Origin: Mytilus trossulus
Taxonomy: Eukaryota
Direction of reading: 5' to 3'
Assembly: GCF_036588685.1 (NCBI RefSeq)
Contig: NC_086384.1
Coordinates: 4,650,001-4,714,000 of the forward strand
Length of the DNA stretch: 64,000 nucleotides
This document shows positions 50,137 through 63,274 of this stretch, piece by piece (position 1 is the stretch's first letter; the number at the start of each line of letters is the position of its first letter). The notes under the pieces are model-generated. The model was not told the origin of the DNA, did not search any database, and saw only the letters and a program-made list of their open reading frames with translations. Position numbers and translations under genes: made by a program.

Positions 50137-50879
50137 TCAGATCAAAACAGTTAAAAAGACAAATAAATACAAATTAGAAACACGACATACTCCGTATGTT
50201 GGTTTTAATGTAAAAACGCCCTCCCTATAGTTACTTATTTTATTATTCTATTTTTTCACATTACTGTTAATAAAATTATTTCCTTTCAATTCATTCATAT
50301 GTATTGGTGAAGGGCTAAATAAAAAAAGAGAAAACCCAAACATGCTACAGTAAATGAACAACCGTTCGATAAGTAATATTTTTTTTTACATTTTAGATAA
50401 AATCATATTACATACAATAAGATGTTATTCAAGAACCAGTGATTTTATCACTGATTGGATTTTTGCAATGACAACAAAAGATAGGAACAGAGCGGTTGGA
50501 ATTGTGTCTTTTTATTTTTCACAATGTATAGTATCCTTTTCCCGTGAACAGAAAGACAAATTTACATATTTCGAGGTAATATTTTGAAATAACTTTTATG
50601 CACAATCACGTCAATCCCTCCCCCCCCCCCCCCTTTCCCAAAAAAAAACCCCAAACAACCCTCACACTCAAACAAAAAAACCAACAAAAAAACCATATCA
50701 ATTCTTCTGTTGATAGGTCAAATTAAACTCAAACAAATGCAAATAGTATACATAAACTAAAGTTGAAATTAGGCCGAACTGTCTAATTTTGGACATCAAA
50801 CCTCAAAGTAGATTATGTTTACCCACAAAATCATGATGATCTATATTGTATAGCTACTTCCCCTTAAAACGGTCGATAC

Positions 50880-51053
50880 CTGTCCACCAGGTGGCCTATT
50901 GTTTACCTTGTTGCTACCTGACAGGTAAATAGGAAGTTTAATTGAGAAGCACGTGTGACAACTTGTACCGGCTTGGGTTGACATGATCTCACGGTTAATT
51001 AGATAATTAGGTAGACGATTGAATCATTTGACAAGAGAACAGAAGACTTCACG
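50880..51053 (+). promoter_or_regulatory. Candidate promoter and non-coding first exon of the DUF1647-like gene
   Basis: Clustered palindromic and E-box motifs (CCACCAGGTGG, TACCTGACAGGTA, CACGTG) followed by donor ACG|GTAGGT at 51054. Confidence 0.4.
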
Positions 51054-53375
51054 GTAGGTTTACTTATTTCTGATAAATATATATATGCATACCTTGTTGT
51101 GTTCACTAGTTAACTGCAACAACACTTGACATAATGTGAAACTGTAACGAAAACAGATTTGACAGCCTAGTTTTAAGTATTAATTTGTTAATTGCCAAAA
51201 TATATAGATAAACTGTAGCATTTGTGTCATCAATTTGGCGTAAGTGAATGAATCGTGCAGGGACAGTTCCAGTGAATCAGTGTTTGATTTGCAGGTCTGT
51301 TGGAGTTGACTAAAAAGATTTAATCCTAAAGACCGGCAAATCAAACACTGATTCTAGATCTAAATCCCGCCTTAGTCTAGTTTTGTGCCGCACATCTTAT
51401 ATACATGTTAGCGATGCTTCATTGCAACGGTATTGTCTGTTGCAGTATTATAATGTTCACTCTTAATTAATTCAGAAGAAAATACCGTTTAAATAAAAAC
51501 TTTTATTTAGGCTTAGCAGGTAGTCATAATCATATATATACATATGTCAAGAAATAATACAAATGAAATACAAAGTGATCATAGATTCTAACTGACAAAT
51601 AAACTAAATTAAAGAACTACTAAGTAGTATCTTCATAAATTTAAAGAATGAAGCATAACAAATTAAAAATTCTATGAAATACAAATGAAATATAAATTTC
51701 ATACCCGCCTCGTACAAACATATTCCACCTTAAGGGAATGGGAGGGAGGGTTTTGAAAAAAGAACAAACGACGAAACACAATGTTCTTTAACAAATTGGC
51801 TACGCTGATAGAAGTTTCAACGACAAACTAAGACATATTTAAACATAAAAATTCTAAATTATTAAATGATTCTTCATTAATTAATCATTTTTAATCAAAA
51901 ATTTACTCATTACCATAAACTAGAATATACACACAAATGGTGAGTCCATTGAGTGCCCCCAGTTTTCATTTGGTCAGTTGGTATACCGAGAAAATGCTTG
52001 TTAACAAGGATAGAATTGCGATCCAACCGTAAAAGATATGGTAAAGAATCTTATGGAGATATACAGATGCATGGCATTTTAAAGAAGGGGGATAACCTGC
52101 ATGTCCAAGTGATTCAACATTATCAGTATCTGCGAAAATCAGACTTTTCCTGTTTACATGTTCACCATGATATAAGTAAACATGCAGATTTTTTTTCCCA
52201 TTATATTATGTATGACTATTTTCTGAACAATGTCGTTCTGAATTTAAATGATTCAAATGGCTCTTTTAACTCTTTAGTAGTAGCTGAGTCAGAAAGTTGG
52301 GGAGTTAGGAAGTTTTATACTGAATATTTGTATATTTGACATTTATTTCGTGAAAAATCTGGTACCTATTTTCTTGATCGAGAAAAGGATCGCGACAGAT
52401 CCGCTATTAATTTTGTTGCAAAATTAATTGTATAAAGTGTGCAAATCATGCTGTAGTCGTATGATGATTTATTTCAAATTGATTCCCGAACCCTCAATCT
52501 GCATGCATAAACAATTATCTGTTGAACGCCATCTCCGTAATGGTTCTCAATATGAATGAACAAAGGTTTATTGCCTTCTGAAATATAAACCTGCATATGT
52601 ATACTTTTTTCCTCGTTCGCCGTAAAAAATATCAGCTCGGGTTTTAATCCTACTCTAAAGATACCAAGAGCCTAAGTTAGAATCCTTAGCATTCTAATTT
52701 TGAAACACAATAAATAACAAGTAATATGGGATGCTTCATACGTTTACTTATATATACTGATGTCTTGTGTAAAATATTCCATAAACATCCTCATAAACTC
52801 GCCATTAAAAAGTTTTTATATCGTTCACTGATCTCCAAACAACTACGACCAATTTTAATCTTTTATAGATGTATAAACACCCATTTTTGTAGGGCATCGA
52901 ATGTCAGTGAAAAATCGTTAGTTATCAGAATCTTCAGATAATCACCTTATAGAAACTTCTACCTCGGTAGTCATATTCTGAGCTACAATAAGGAAATGGC
53001 ATACTTTTGTGAGAGCTGTTATTCAGAAAGTTTGGCCAAAGACCATAAAAAGTTGTTTTTCGAGAATGCCGGGCTTCTGGTACCTTATAGGTCCTATATT
53101 TAATATTTTACATCCAAATTAAATTCCCGCTTGGGACTTCTTTGTTGACCAAATGTATAGTTATCTGTAATAAATTATCTACCCAACAGTCGAATAGTTA
53201 GCCTGTCTTGTTCTACATGTATTTCTCTAAAGACTACATGTACTGTTTTCTGCTCATAATCTTATTCAAAATTCCGGTGGTATTAGCCACTTTGTTTTAA
53301 TAAAAACAAATTAACCAATTCATCGATAAATTATTCAGTCAATCACTAAACACTGCTTAACTGAACAAATAAATA

Positions 53376-53465
53376 ACACGACGGATGCCGTATACGGTGC
53401 AGGAAATGCTTACCCTTCCGGAGCACCTGATTTCACTCCTGGTTTTTAGTGGAGTGTGTTGTTTC
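53376..53465 (+). repeat. Conserved-domain SINE fragment (Deu/Nin-like core)
   Basis: ACGACGGATGCC...GCAGGAAATGCTTACCCTTCCGGAGCACCTGATTTCAC, recalled as a widespread invertebrate SINE core. Confidence 0.5.
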
Positions 53466-53564
53466 TTATTTATTATTTATAACTGTTGATGTAAAGGTCC
53501 TTTGGTTTGTGAGTCTTTGTTTACTTCTTGGTTTTGATTGTTATTGTCTTCTTTACTATTTCAG

Positions 53565-56500
53565 ATGAATCGTCAAGGTCAACCAGGAGGTCCTGGAGGA
53601 GATAAGAGACAGCAGCAGCTGGACCAGATATCGAAGGGATTCAGACAGTTCCCTCTTAGTCCATACATGTTACTAGCTTCTATGGCTTTCTGGATCTTTC
53701 TTACGTATGCTAGTTTCAAGGGCATTCAATATTTTGGCGTCCATCGTCGATTGGATGATACTGACCTTGTTCCAAATTGTCCGGTCAAGTTTGGTGCAAC
53801 CGTGGAAGATAACATTATAGTTGTAGAAAATTATACAGGTGGAGAATCAATGCCGTATGTAAAACGAATTGGGTCTCAAAAGTTTTCTGATTCATTTATT
53901 GGCGAAGAAGCACCTGTAGAACTGACAGAAATCCCGCCAATTGTAACAGCTGTGACGTCATCAGACTTTTACAATCTCCAGAGAATCATAGAACAAACAG
54001 CTTCCATAGCGCCTAAGAAAAACATAAAGCTGAACTTGATAGTCTATGACCTTGGACTGTATTCAAAAGAAGCAGCACTGGTAAGCTGAAAGTTTAAAAA
54101 ACATATACATGTATATATATACAAATGAATGGAAAGTTGTTCGGTAACAGTGAATTCAACAGACATAATTATAATGATTGTTATTGTTATAAAATTAAAA
54201 GACGTGACACAAGGCTGAGTAAAACAAAATACATGGAATTTGGTAAATACTCTGCCAAGCACGTGGCAATTATGAGTAAATCTGGAAAAGGGCATGACCT
54301 CCGCTTGGCTGTTTGTTACTTTGTAGATAAGATCAAATCCTACTTTCAAGTTTGAATTCCAGATCTCGCTAACGTGTGACCATCCCGAAAAGAGCTGTAA
54401 TACTTGCCGCTAGACATTAGACAGCATCGATAAATCAGCCTATAGTGTAACCATTAAACAAAAGATAAAAAGCGGTTTAGTAAACCTGCATTATACTTGC
54501 TGTCCTCACGAATGTTAGTTTACTAGAGTAGCTGATACATTATATCATATCATATTATATAATATACAAGGTTTTTTCTGTGTATAAATAAAGTTAAACT
54601 TATCCTTTTTGATCTTATTAATTTTTTCCTTACATTTCAGATAAAGAAACACTGTAATTGTGATTTCCGTACATTTGAATGGTCAGTGTACCCATATCAC
54701 GTGTCTGACATGAATATAAGAGCATGGATGCCTATTATCATACAGGTATGAGTATTTTATTAGAAGCAAAGGAGACAATGGTATAAGGTTATACATGTAG
54801 ATAGGTCTCCTTTTTAAACTAGGTCTCATCTCAACTGATTTTCATTTATGAAGGATAGTTTGTCTTATTAAGATGGTGTTTCTTTTCAATCTTAAGCATT
54901 GAAATCCCCCCCCCCCCCCCCTCCCCCAATTCTTCCTGTAAATGATAACTAATATTATTCCAACAAAAAAAGCATGACATTTATTTAGTGAAGAGAGATA
55001 AAAAAAAAAACGCTGTCATTTGGCAGAGAAAGAACACAAGCAATTACTGCAAATAATATATGTTTGGTACTTGTTGCCATGAATTTGTGTTTTTTGAGAA
55101 AGATCTGATGTTCAATATTATAAACCACAACAGAACATTATCTCTTTAGTTCCAAACCTTTTTGTTTAGCTCACCTGGCCCACGGGCCTAGTAAGCTTAT
55201 CTCGTCAATTGGCGTCCGTCGTCCGTCGTTAACTTTTTACAAAAATCTTCTGAAACTTTTGGCCCAAATTTAACCAAACATGGCCACAATAATCATTGGG
55301 GTATCTTGTTAAAAAAATATGTCCGGTGACCCTATCAACCAATCGAGATGACTGCCATGGCTAAAAATAGAATAGGGATAAAATGTAGATTTTTGCTTAT
55401 ATCTCTGAAACCATAGCATTTAAAGCAAATCTGGCATGGGTGTAAAATTGTTTATTAGGTAAAGATCTATCTGCCCTGGAATTTTCAGATAAATCGGAAT
55501 ACCCGTTGTTGGGTTGCTGCCCCTGAATTGGTAATTTTAAAATTTTTGCCGTTTTTGGTTATTATCTTGAATATTATTATAGATGGAGATAAACTGTAAA
55601 CAGCAATAAAGTACAGCAAAGGAAGACCTACAAATAAGTCAACATGACCTAAGGAGTTATTGCCCTTTATAGTCAACTTTAAACAATTTTCATAACTTTT
55701 GTAAATTTTTACAAAATATTTTTTCTCTGTAACTACTGGGTCAAGTTCATTATAGATAGAGATAATTGTAAACAGCAAGAATGTTCAGTAAAGTAAGATC
55801 TACAAACACATTACCATTACCAAAACACAATTTTGTCAACACTCTATCTATGTCATTTGTTAAGTATGCACATAAACCAAGGTGAGCGACACAGCCTCTT
55901 CAAGTTAGAGCCTCTAGTTTCTTGTAAAATTGGATGTCCTTTGTAATTGCCTTTGTTTTAATACGGTCATGTTAGGCTTTAATGCAGAACAGTATTGTCT
56001 CAGTGTCTGTAATAATTATTTTATTTTTTGGATTATAAACAAAACTAGATATTTATTTGCAAGTTTGGTTATTTTATGTCAAAACAGTTTTCTTTGAGGC
56101 GTAGGTTTAGTCAAAATTGTTGTATTTCATGCTGTAGAGAAATCGAATTTTGGAGGTCCGGAAATATTTCGGGAGTTCCTTAAATGCATTTATAATAATT
56201 TTAATTTCATTCGCGCCTCATACTTTCCAAAGAGTTATGAATTGTGTGATGCTGTGATCTGCTTTTGTCTATAGCAAATGCTTGATGCTGTTAGGCGACT
56301 AAATTGTAAAAGATGGGGGCGAAATATACCGGAGGGATTTGCACACTCAACTGACAACGATTCTGTATATTTTTTAGTGAATATATATATATATATATAT
56401 ATAAATGCAATATTATTTTTCTTTTCAGATGATACTTGAAGAATTTGGTTCTGCAATGTGGATTGACCCGTCAGCTTCTATAAATAATGTCCAAGAATTG

Positions 56501-57052
56501 AACCAGTTTAAATACAGAGCTGATAGAAGTTTTTTCCTGTACGAATATCCGATTTTTACTGCAATAAACGCATACACCAACCCGAAAATGTTTAAACATC
56601 TGAACGAAAAGCGTTGTACGTTTGTTGACCTTGGAATGATGGACACCCGTGTTATGGTGTTATACCGGACAAAACAAACATGGTACGGAATAATGAAACC
56701 ATGGTTAAAATGTGCTCTTACTAAAGATTGCATTGCACCGGATGGCGCGAGGAGGACCGAATGTTTCCACTACAAGCGTCCGAAATCCACAGGATGTCAT
56801 TGGTATGAACAGTCAATCTTTAGTATTATTATAAATAGAGTATACCAGTTTACTATTAATTCTGACAAATTCAAGTCACCCCACGCTGTGCATTTTGATG
56901 ATACTGAGCTTGTGTATTATTTTCCCGAACAGCCATGGACATACACACAAATATTTCTAATCTTCACGTTACCTCCAATGGTTATTGTTACATTGTGGTA
57001 CTTGAAAAAACGAAGAGATGCGAGCAAAAGAAATAAATTTTACAAGCGATAG
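53565..57052 (+). CDS. DUF1647-like (putative glycosyltransferase-fold) membrane protein, ~414 aa. Exons 53565-54080, 54641-54745, 56429-57052
   Basis: Phase-0 GT-AG joins give IVTAV, LIVYDLGL, CDFRTFEWSVYPYHV, AWMPIIIQMILEEFG, MWIDPS, IMKPWLKCALTKDCIAPDG, CHWYEQS; hydrophobic segments near both termini; AATAAA at 58208-58213. Confidence 0.85.
55165..55919 (+). mobile_element. Helentron-associated element, family A, single-unit copy in an intron
   Basis: TTAGCTCACCTGGCCC...(CGTC)n...GGTGAGCGACAC...GAGCCTCTAGTT. Confidence 0.85.
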
Positions 57053-59494
57053 TGTTCAGAAAAAAAACTTGTGTTCATAGACATTCCAAGAAGATACAAA
57101 AATGTATCTGCCATTACCAGCGACTGTTTTGGCTTGGAGAAGCAATCCTCCTTAATGCCATACATTGACGAACACAGCAATATACAGGGTACAATTATAT
57201 CCGAGGAAATCCACGAGCAATTGTTAGACTCGGCGAGTATCGGGTATTATACAATTTTGCAGGACAAAAGTCTCTTTGACACAAAGTCGCATAGTGCGGT
57301 AAAGATTACTTTTTTAAGGTCCGTTCTTGTATCTTTTAATGTAACTTAAACATTATAGATATTGGCGAATTTTTCAGATAAAAGTTCATCTAGAAAAAGC
57401 TTTTATCGAGATAAATCCAACATATTGACTTGATTTATTCAATAGATAAAATGTTCAAACATACCAGATCGATTTGTTTGTACAATTTTCAAAAATATAT
57501 ATTCAAGAAACATGAAACAATTAACATATTGTCATGATTCCTTCTCTATCAAGTCCATCATCCGGACCTTAAATTTTTATATGTTTTTTTTATATGCAAG
57601 TTAAAAGAAACAAAACCTGAGGATTTTGTTAGAGAGTAGTTTTGTTAAAACCATTTCTGTATTCTACCTAAGATGCAACACCGGATCACACCATCATCGT
57701 CCGTGTCTTGACATTCACACCGTGTGCTGTGAAAGCAATACACGTTTTTGATTTCTTTTTACCTTGATTACATTGTACTTTTTTTTAAGAAACACATTGA
57801 TGGTGCAATTGTTACTCACTTTTTCGTTATATTATTTCTGTGTACTGCATCTTGTTGAATAATTGTCCCACAGCAACGAGTCACGAGAACGAGACTCGCC
57901 TGCTGGTTCTGCATGATGACTGTGTCGTAAAAATTTTTTTGTCGAAGTTTACGGTCATATTTCAAAGCGTGCAATTTTTTCCTTTTTGTACATCATAGGT
58001 GACAAATCTTCACTTTTTTTGTTCTCGTATAAAACTCATCCAGCCTTCATCCGAAGTTCGTTTCACATTAATTTGTGCAATTTCTACCATACATCACTTA
58101 TCGTTTTGTCGCATAATATAAAATGATGTGCGTGATATTACTATTTATATTGTTTGTATTTTTATATATTTATATGTTTACTTGTTTGCACTATAAGTTA
58201 TTTTTGAAATAAATAGATATGAAACATACAAATTACTTATTCTGTTGATAAAAGTACAAAAAACAAGAGAAATGCGCGCTCCAAAAGGCCTCGTCCGTTT
58301 TTCTGACCATCGATTTTATGTCGAAAGTCTTGCAAAAAAAAATCGAACTACAAGAATATCACATAAACTTACCAATTTTAACGACCAACGAGGCCAAGGT
58401 CAGCTTAATCGTATCAGACACAAAAATACATCTTGTAATTATTGCATACACCAAATGCAGTTTACTTATTGCTTATGGAAACTGAAAAGCAGATCAAAAC
58501 ACATTGACAAAAGAAGCATTAAAATGAGGTCAAAGTAAGATGATACTTACCAGGCATTTATGTACACTTAACAATTAATCCATACACCAGATATAGCTTC
58601 CCTTTTTGCAATTTGTATTTGAAAAACACAATAACTAGACACTGAAGTCGGAGCCATGAAAATGAGGCCATGGTCAGATGATACCTGCCAGACAGGCATG
58701 TGTTAATACTGTTCTTTACAATCTTTAATCCATACATCCAAATATGGGCCGCTCGTTAATAGTACTTGGAAAAAAACCCAGAAAAAAACACAAAAAATTA
58801 CATTGACCATTACAACATGTACAATGACCAATAAAATGGGATCAAAGTCAGATCGCTGATTCGGTAGTTAGGTTAGCCGTATCTCACAGACATGCAGACG
58901 ATACAAGGCAAACTATGTTTGAATAAAGTTACACTTTTACTCATAAAAGTGAGAAATTCAAATGATAAAAAAAAAAAAAAAAAAAAAAATCAGACAGCCA
59001 CTGAACCATAATAATGGGGTCAAGGATTGATGCTTCGTTATGCGAAATTGAAAGCACATATCATAGACATCTGATTTGCCACATTCTAGAAGCCTTAACC
59101 ATATGAAACACTTTGTTTTCCATGTAATAAATTTGTGTTAACAATGATTAAATCTTAAGTTTTTTCAGTATCATGCGTTCTAAAACATTCATTATACAAA
59201 ATTGCATCAACTTACCTAACAAGAATCTACAAACTTGATATGTTTTAAATATATTCGTTGGTAACCCATTAAAGCGGAAACAATGTATTCAATAATGTTA
59301 CCACCTTTCCGAATCAAATGGTTCACGTTATACTTCTGTATTATCATATCTGATCCAAATTGAAAATTTTGCATTTTTTATTTTTTACCACGGCTTTTTA
59401 TCGCTTGCTATGCGGTACGGTTTTTCATTGTTAAGGGTCAACTAAACAAGACACAAATAAATCCTGCACTACCTTCGCGCTCAGTATCCGCAGA

Positions 59495-59690
59495 AACGCA
59501 TCAAAAACGAATGGACAAGAACTGTCATTTTCCTGACTTGGTACAGGCCTTTTCAAATGTAAAAAATGGTGGATTAAACCTGGTTCTATATCGCTAACCC
59601 TCTCACTTAAATGACAGTCTCATCAAATTCCGTTATACATGTATTTACATTGATGCGTTAAATAAATGGACACAATAAATAAAATAGTCA
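59495..59690 (-). repeat. SINE-like interspersed repeat (overlapping copies ~39126-39260 and ~47402-47545)
   Basis: Shared AACGCATCAAAAACGAATGGACAAGAACTGTCAT...CTGACTT block. Confidence 0.7.
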
Positions 59691-60197
59691 AAAAACTTTC
59701 TTAATAATGCTTGAAAATTTATAAAAGTGGTAGTTTGGATAGCTTACAGATTACTCTTTCAAATTAATGCAATGTTAGTATTATGCAACAATTATGCAAC
59801 CAATTATAAAGTTAACTGTGTCTATAATGTGTTTCACCAAATTTCCACTTTCAAATAAAATTAGCTTCTGCATAGGTATCCCTAGAGGGTTGATTTTATT
59901 ATATGTTATTCCTATGGCCATTAATTACAAAAGAGTGTCTCAGATTTCAAATAGAATGTATAGAACAAATTTTCACCTAATTAAACATTATCTTTATGTG
60001 GTTAGGATGTTTACACTATTTAGAGATTTGTAAGAGAATGAAATACCATGAAGACAATCTGAGACACCCTTTTAAAGCCCATGATGTGTTGATTAAGATT
60101 TCGTTGAAATTTTCTGTAAAGTTAAAGAGATGATAGAGCTAAATTCTTTTAAGTGAACTTACTAAGATTTTACCACTTATTACGTGATAATTACGGC

Positions 60198-60943
60198 GTT
60201 TTGCATTTGCGCCGATCTGCATTTCATTTACGCCGATTTTTGTTTTCATTTGCGCCGATTTTTTACAGGTAAATTACAGGTGAAAATATATAAGAAGATG
60301 TGGTATGAGTGCAAATGAGACAACTCTCCATCCAAGTCATGTTATTTTTCATTTATCATTATAGACCTTTTCTGTGAGCCAGTTGTACACTATATTCAAA
60401 AAACAAAGAAGTAAAAACCTAACTTATAAAAAGCCATCTGTTTATACTAATATGACGAATTGAAAATCTTTTAATAGCATTTATATCCATAAAAACGGAG
60501 TACATTAAAATCAAAAATTTGTTCTTGTCGAGTATGTACTTACATGTAGTATAGGCAACACTTCTAATATATTCCTTTCTTGTGATTTCGTCTCTTCTAT
60601 ATTTGTCGTAATTGTCAATAACGAAGTCATCATTTCTTAGTCTGGCTTATGTACTCATGTGTATGGCCCTCCATGATTATAGAATTGACTCCTCGACTCG
60701 TTTCAGTGTGCAATATGTCCATCGTGTTACAGCAAAGTTCCAGAACAATATGCATCAATATTCTAAACCTAAGTTTATAATCAGATTTTACCAATATACC
60801 TTTACAGAATAGTACATGTGCGTATTAACTTACCTGTAAATCCAATTAGGAACAAATATAAAATCGGCGCAAATGAAAAAATGAAATCGGCGCAAATGAA
60901 AAAATGAAAATTTAAAAAAATCGGCGCAAATGTCATACGACCG
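60198..60943. mobile_element. Foldback-type element with tandemly repeated inverted arms (left end eroded)
   Basis: CATTTGCGCCGAT repeats plus TTTACAGGTAA on the left mirror TTACCTGTAAA plus ATCGGCGCAAATG repeats on the right; related fragment at ~24030-24130. Confidence 0.65.
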
Positions 60944-61576
60944 ATAATTGATTATATAATGATTGCATAATAAAAATATTGCATTCCTTTAAAAGATTTA
61001 TCTTTTATCTATCTATATATTCCTCTTTTATTATTTTCTATGCATTCATAAGAAAGTTACAGCATTTCAAAGGTTAGTGATTGGAAGTAAAAAAAATCTT
61101 TGTATTATGCTACCATAAGTGTCAATATTTTCAGTATCTGAATATTTATCACTTTAACAAAAATGAAATAAAACTGGTACTTAAACCTTTGAATGGGAGA
61201 TACAAAATGTGTGTTATTTACCGAATAAGGACAATTTAACTTTAAAAAAAAGGTGGGGTTATGTTTTTTCCTTAACATATATTTTTATCCTCAATTTGAT
61301 AAAACAACAATATTTTGTGGTCGAGCAGATAAAAACAATTAGCGGTCGTCCCACTGTCTATAGCACTCTGTTCAGCTCTTAATATTATTCCGTATCATGT
61401 GTTTGTGACGTCAAATACGTTGACCCGGCCTTAATAACTTTGACCCGGACATATCAGCGACGTCATAATGTTTGAACCGACGTTAATAACTTTGACCCGA
61501 ACTTATCAAGTCATCTTTTGTGTGCTGATGAAACAAGGAAAACACTTCTCAAACACACAAATATAGCCCGATAAAT

Positions 61577-61741
61577 CGATTATCAGATTATCTGCATATT
61601 AATATTGTAAAATATTAGCTGATTGGCATAATATGAAGGCTTTTTGATCTCGTTCGCTACGCTCACTCGACAAAAAGCTTCATATTATGACTCGCAGCTA
61701 TAATATTTTACGATATCAACATGCAGATAACCTGATAATCG
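61577..61741. repeat. 165-bp imperfect palindrome
   Basis: CGATTATCAG...CATAATATGAAG..TTTTTG / CAAAAAGCTTCATATTATG...CTGATAATCG around CTCGTTCGCTACGCTCACTCG. Confidence 0.8.
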
Positions 61742-62484
61742 GTACTTATTCTGAATCCAGATTTTCCCTATAAATTAAAAAAAAATATGGTAGCGTAGAA
61801 AAATAAAAATAGTTCTCGATTTTTTTCCGATTTAGACCAAAAACATACCCCACCCATTGAATTCATGTGGATACTCTCTTACCAAAGTATGTTTATGTAG
61901 GGGTAGATGTACACAAGACAATGCAATGTCTTTGTACACGAATTTATATTTATAAAGCAATTTAATTTGGCTTCAAGGCAGGTTTCTAAGCTCCTTCATG
62001 TACATATATAAGCATAACATTGCTAGTAAAGGATAAATGTTTCAGACGTCTTAGTTCTAACAAAATATGTCTGTTTTTTTTATGGTTGTATTAGATTCTA
62101 CTCCCTGATTTTGGAGAAGGTGTTCTAAAGTTAACATAAGATCCTATTTGTACTAACGATAAGCATTCTATTAAGATCAATTAAAACTAAAAACAGTCGT
62201 TAACGTGTTGATCATGTGTTCCTACAGATGACATTGATACTTCCATATTGTGTCCTTGACCTTGTCCTTTGTTTTTTGTTTTTGCGTTATCATTATGAAA
62301 TTACAAACTTAATTAACGACATGTTTAGTTGAATCATACAACGTCCGTTGTCCTCTCAGTACATGAGTACTACATATGCCGGCAGAGACCGCGGAAGTTG
62401 TAACACTGACTTCACCACGACTGTAAAACGTTTTAAGATAGTTCATGACCAAGGTGTTTTTTTCATACGTTTTTATCAATGATG

Positions 62485-62487
<3 letters not shown>

Positions 62488-62526
<39 letters not shown>
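62488..62526. repeat. (CT)n microsatellite
   Basis: Uninterrupted TC run. Confidence 0.95.
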
Positions 62527-62528
<2 letters not shown>

Positions 62529-63274
62529 TATATGCTTGTATATTATTATATTACTTCATCAATTGATTAATAAGGTTTATGCAGATTCCCTAAATATATA
62601 AATATAGTACACCAAAGGCTGTGTTAGCATGCCCTTTAAAACCTTTACAATTATTTATTTTTCCAATTTGCTAATAATCATGTTTTAATATTGTAGCTAG
62701 CGCCAAAGCGATGTTGTCAAAATGCTTAGGTATAGGGAACGATGTTATCGGTGTTGACACGCATAACTTTAAAGAAGATAGTCTCGATTATCCAGACGCT
62801 CCATATGTATATAGTATTTGTTGGCTGTAATTAGAACGATAACTCTGGTGCATCGAGTCGAGACTACAAAGAAGATGGAGTACATACAATTCTTACTGTC
62901 ATGAGAAAGGGGTGTGTCCCTAAAGCGGAACACCTCGAGTGATGTGATGCGGTGGTTGATGTTAACTATTATGGGCTTAATCTTGGTATAGAAAATGCTA
63001 CACAATTTGCCATTCCTAAAGCTTTTATTTTAAGAAGGCAACGGAAATGTAAAGAATACATGAAGTAAGATAACAGATATAGGAAGATGTGGTAAGATCG
63101 CCAATGAGACAACTATCTATCCAAGTCACAAGTTGTAAAAGTTAAGCATTATAGGTCAAAGTATGGTCTTCCACACAGAGACTTGGCTCACACCAAACAG
63201 AAAGCTATAAAGTGCCCTCAAAATGTAGTGTAAAACCATTCCAACGGGGAAACTAACGTTCTAATCTATAAAGT

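Noticed and set aside
57071-57349. 92-aa ORF just after the DUF1647-like stop
   Set aside because: GTG start, within the presumed 3' UTR, no recognisable motif.
61526-61550. Second hammerhead candidate (CTGATGA...GAAA)
   Set aside because: No stem II pairing and no stem I/III complementarity.
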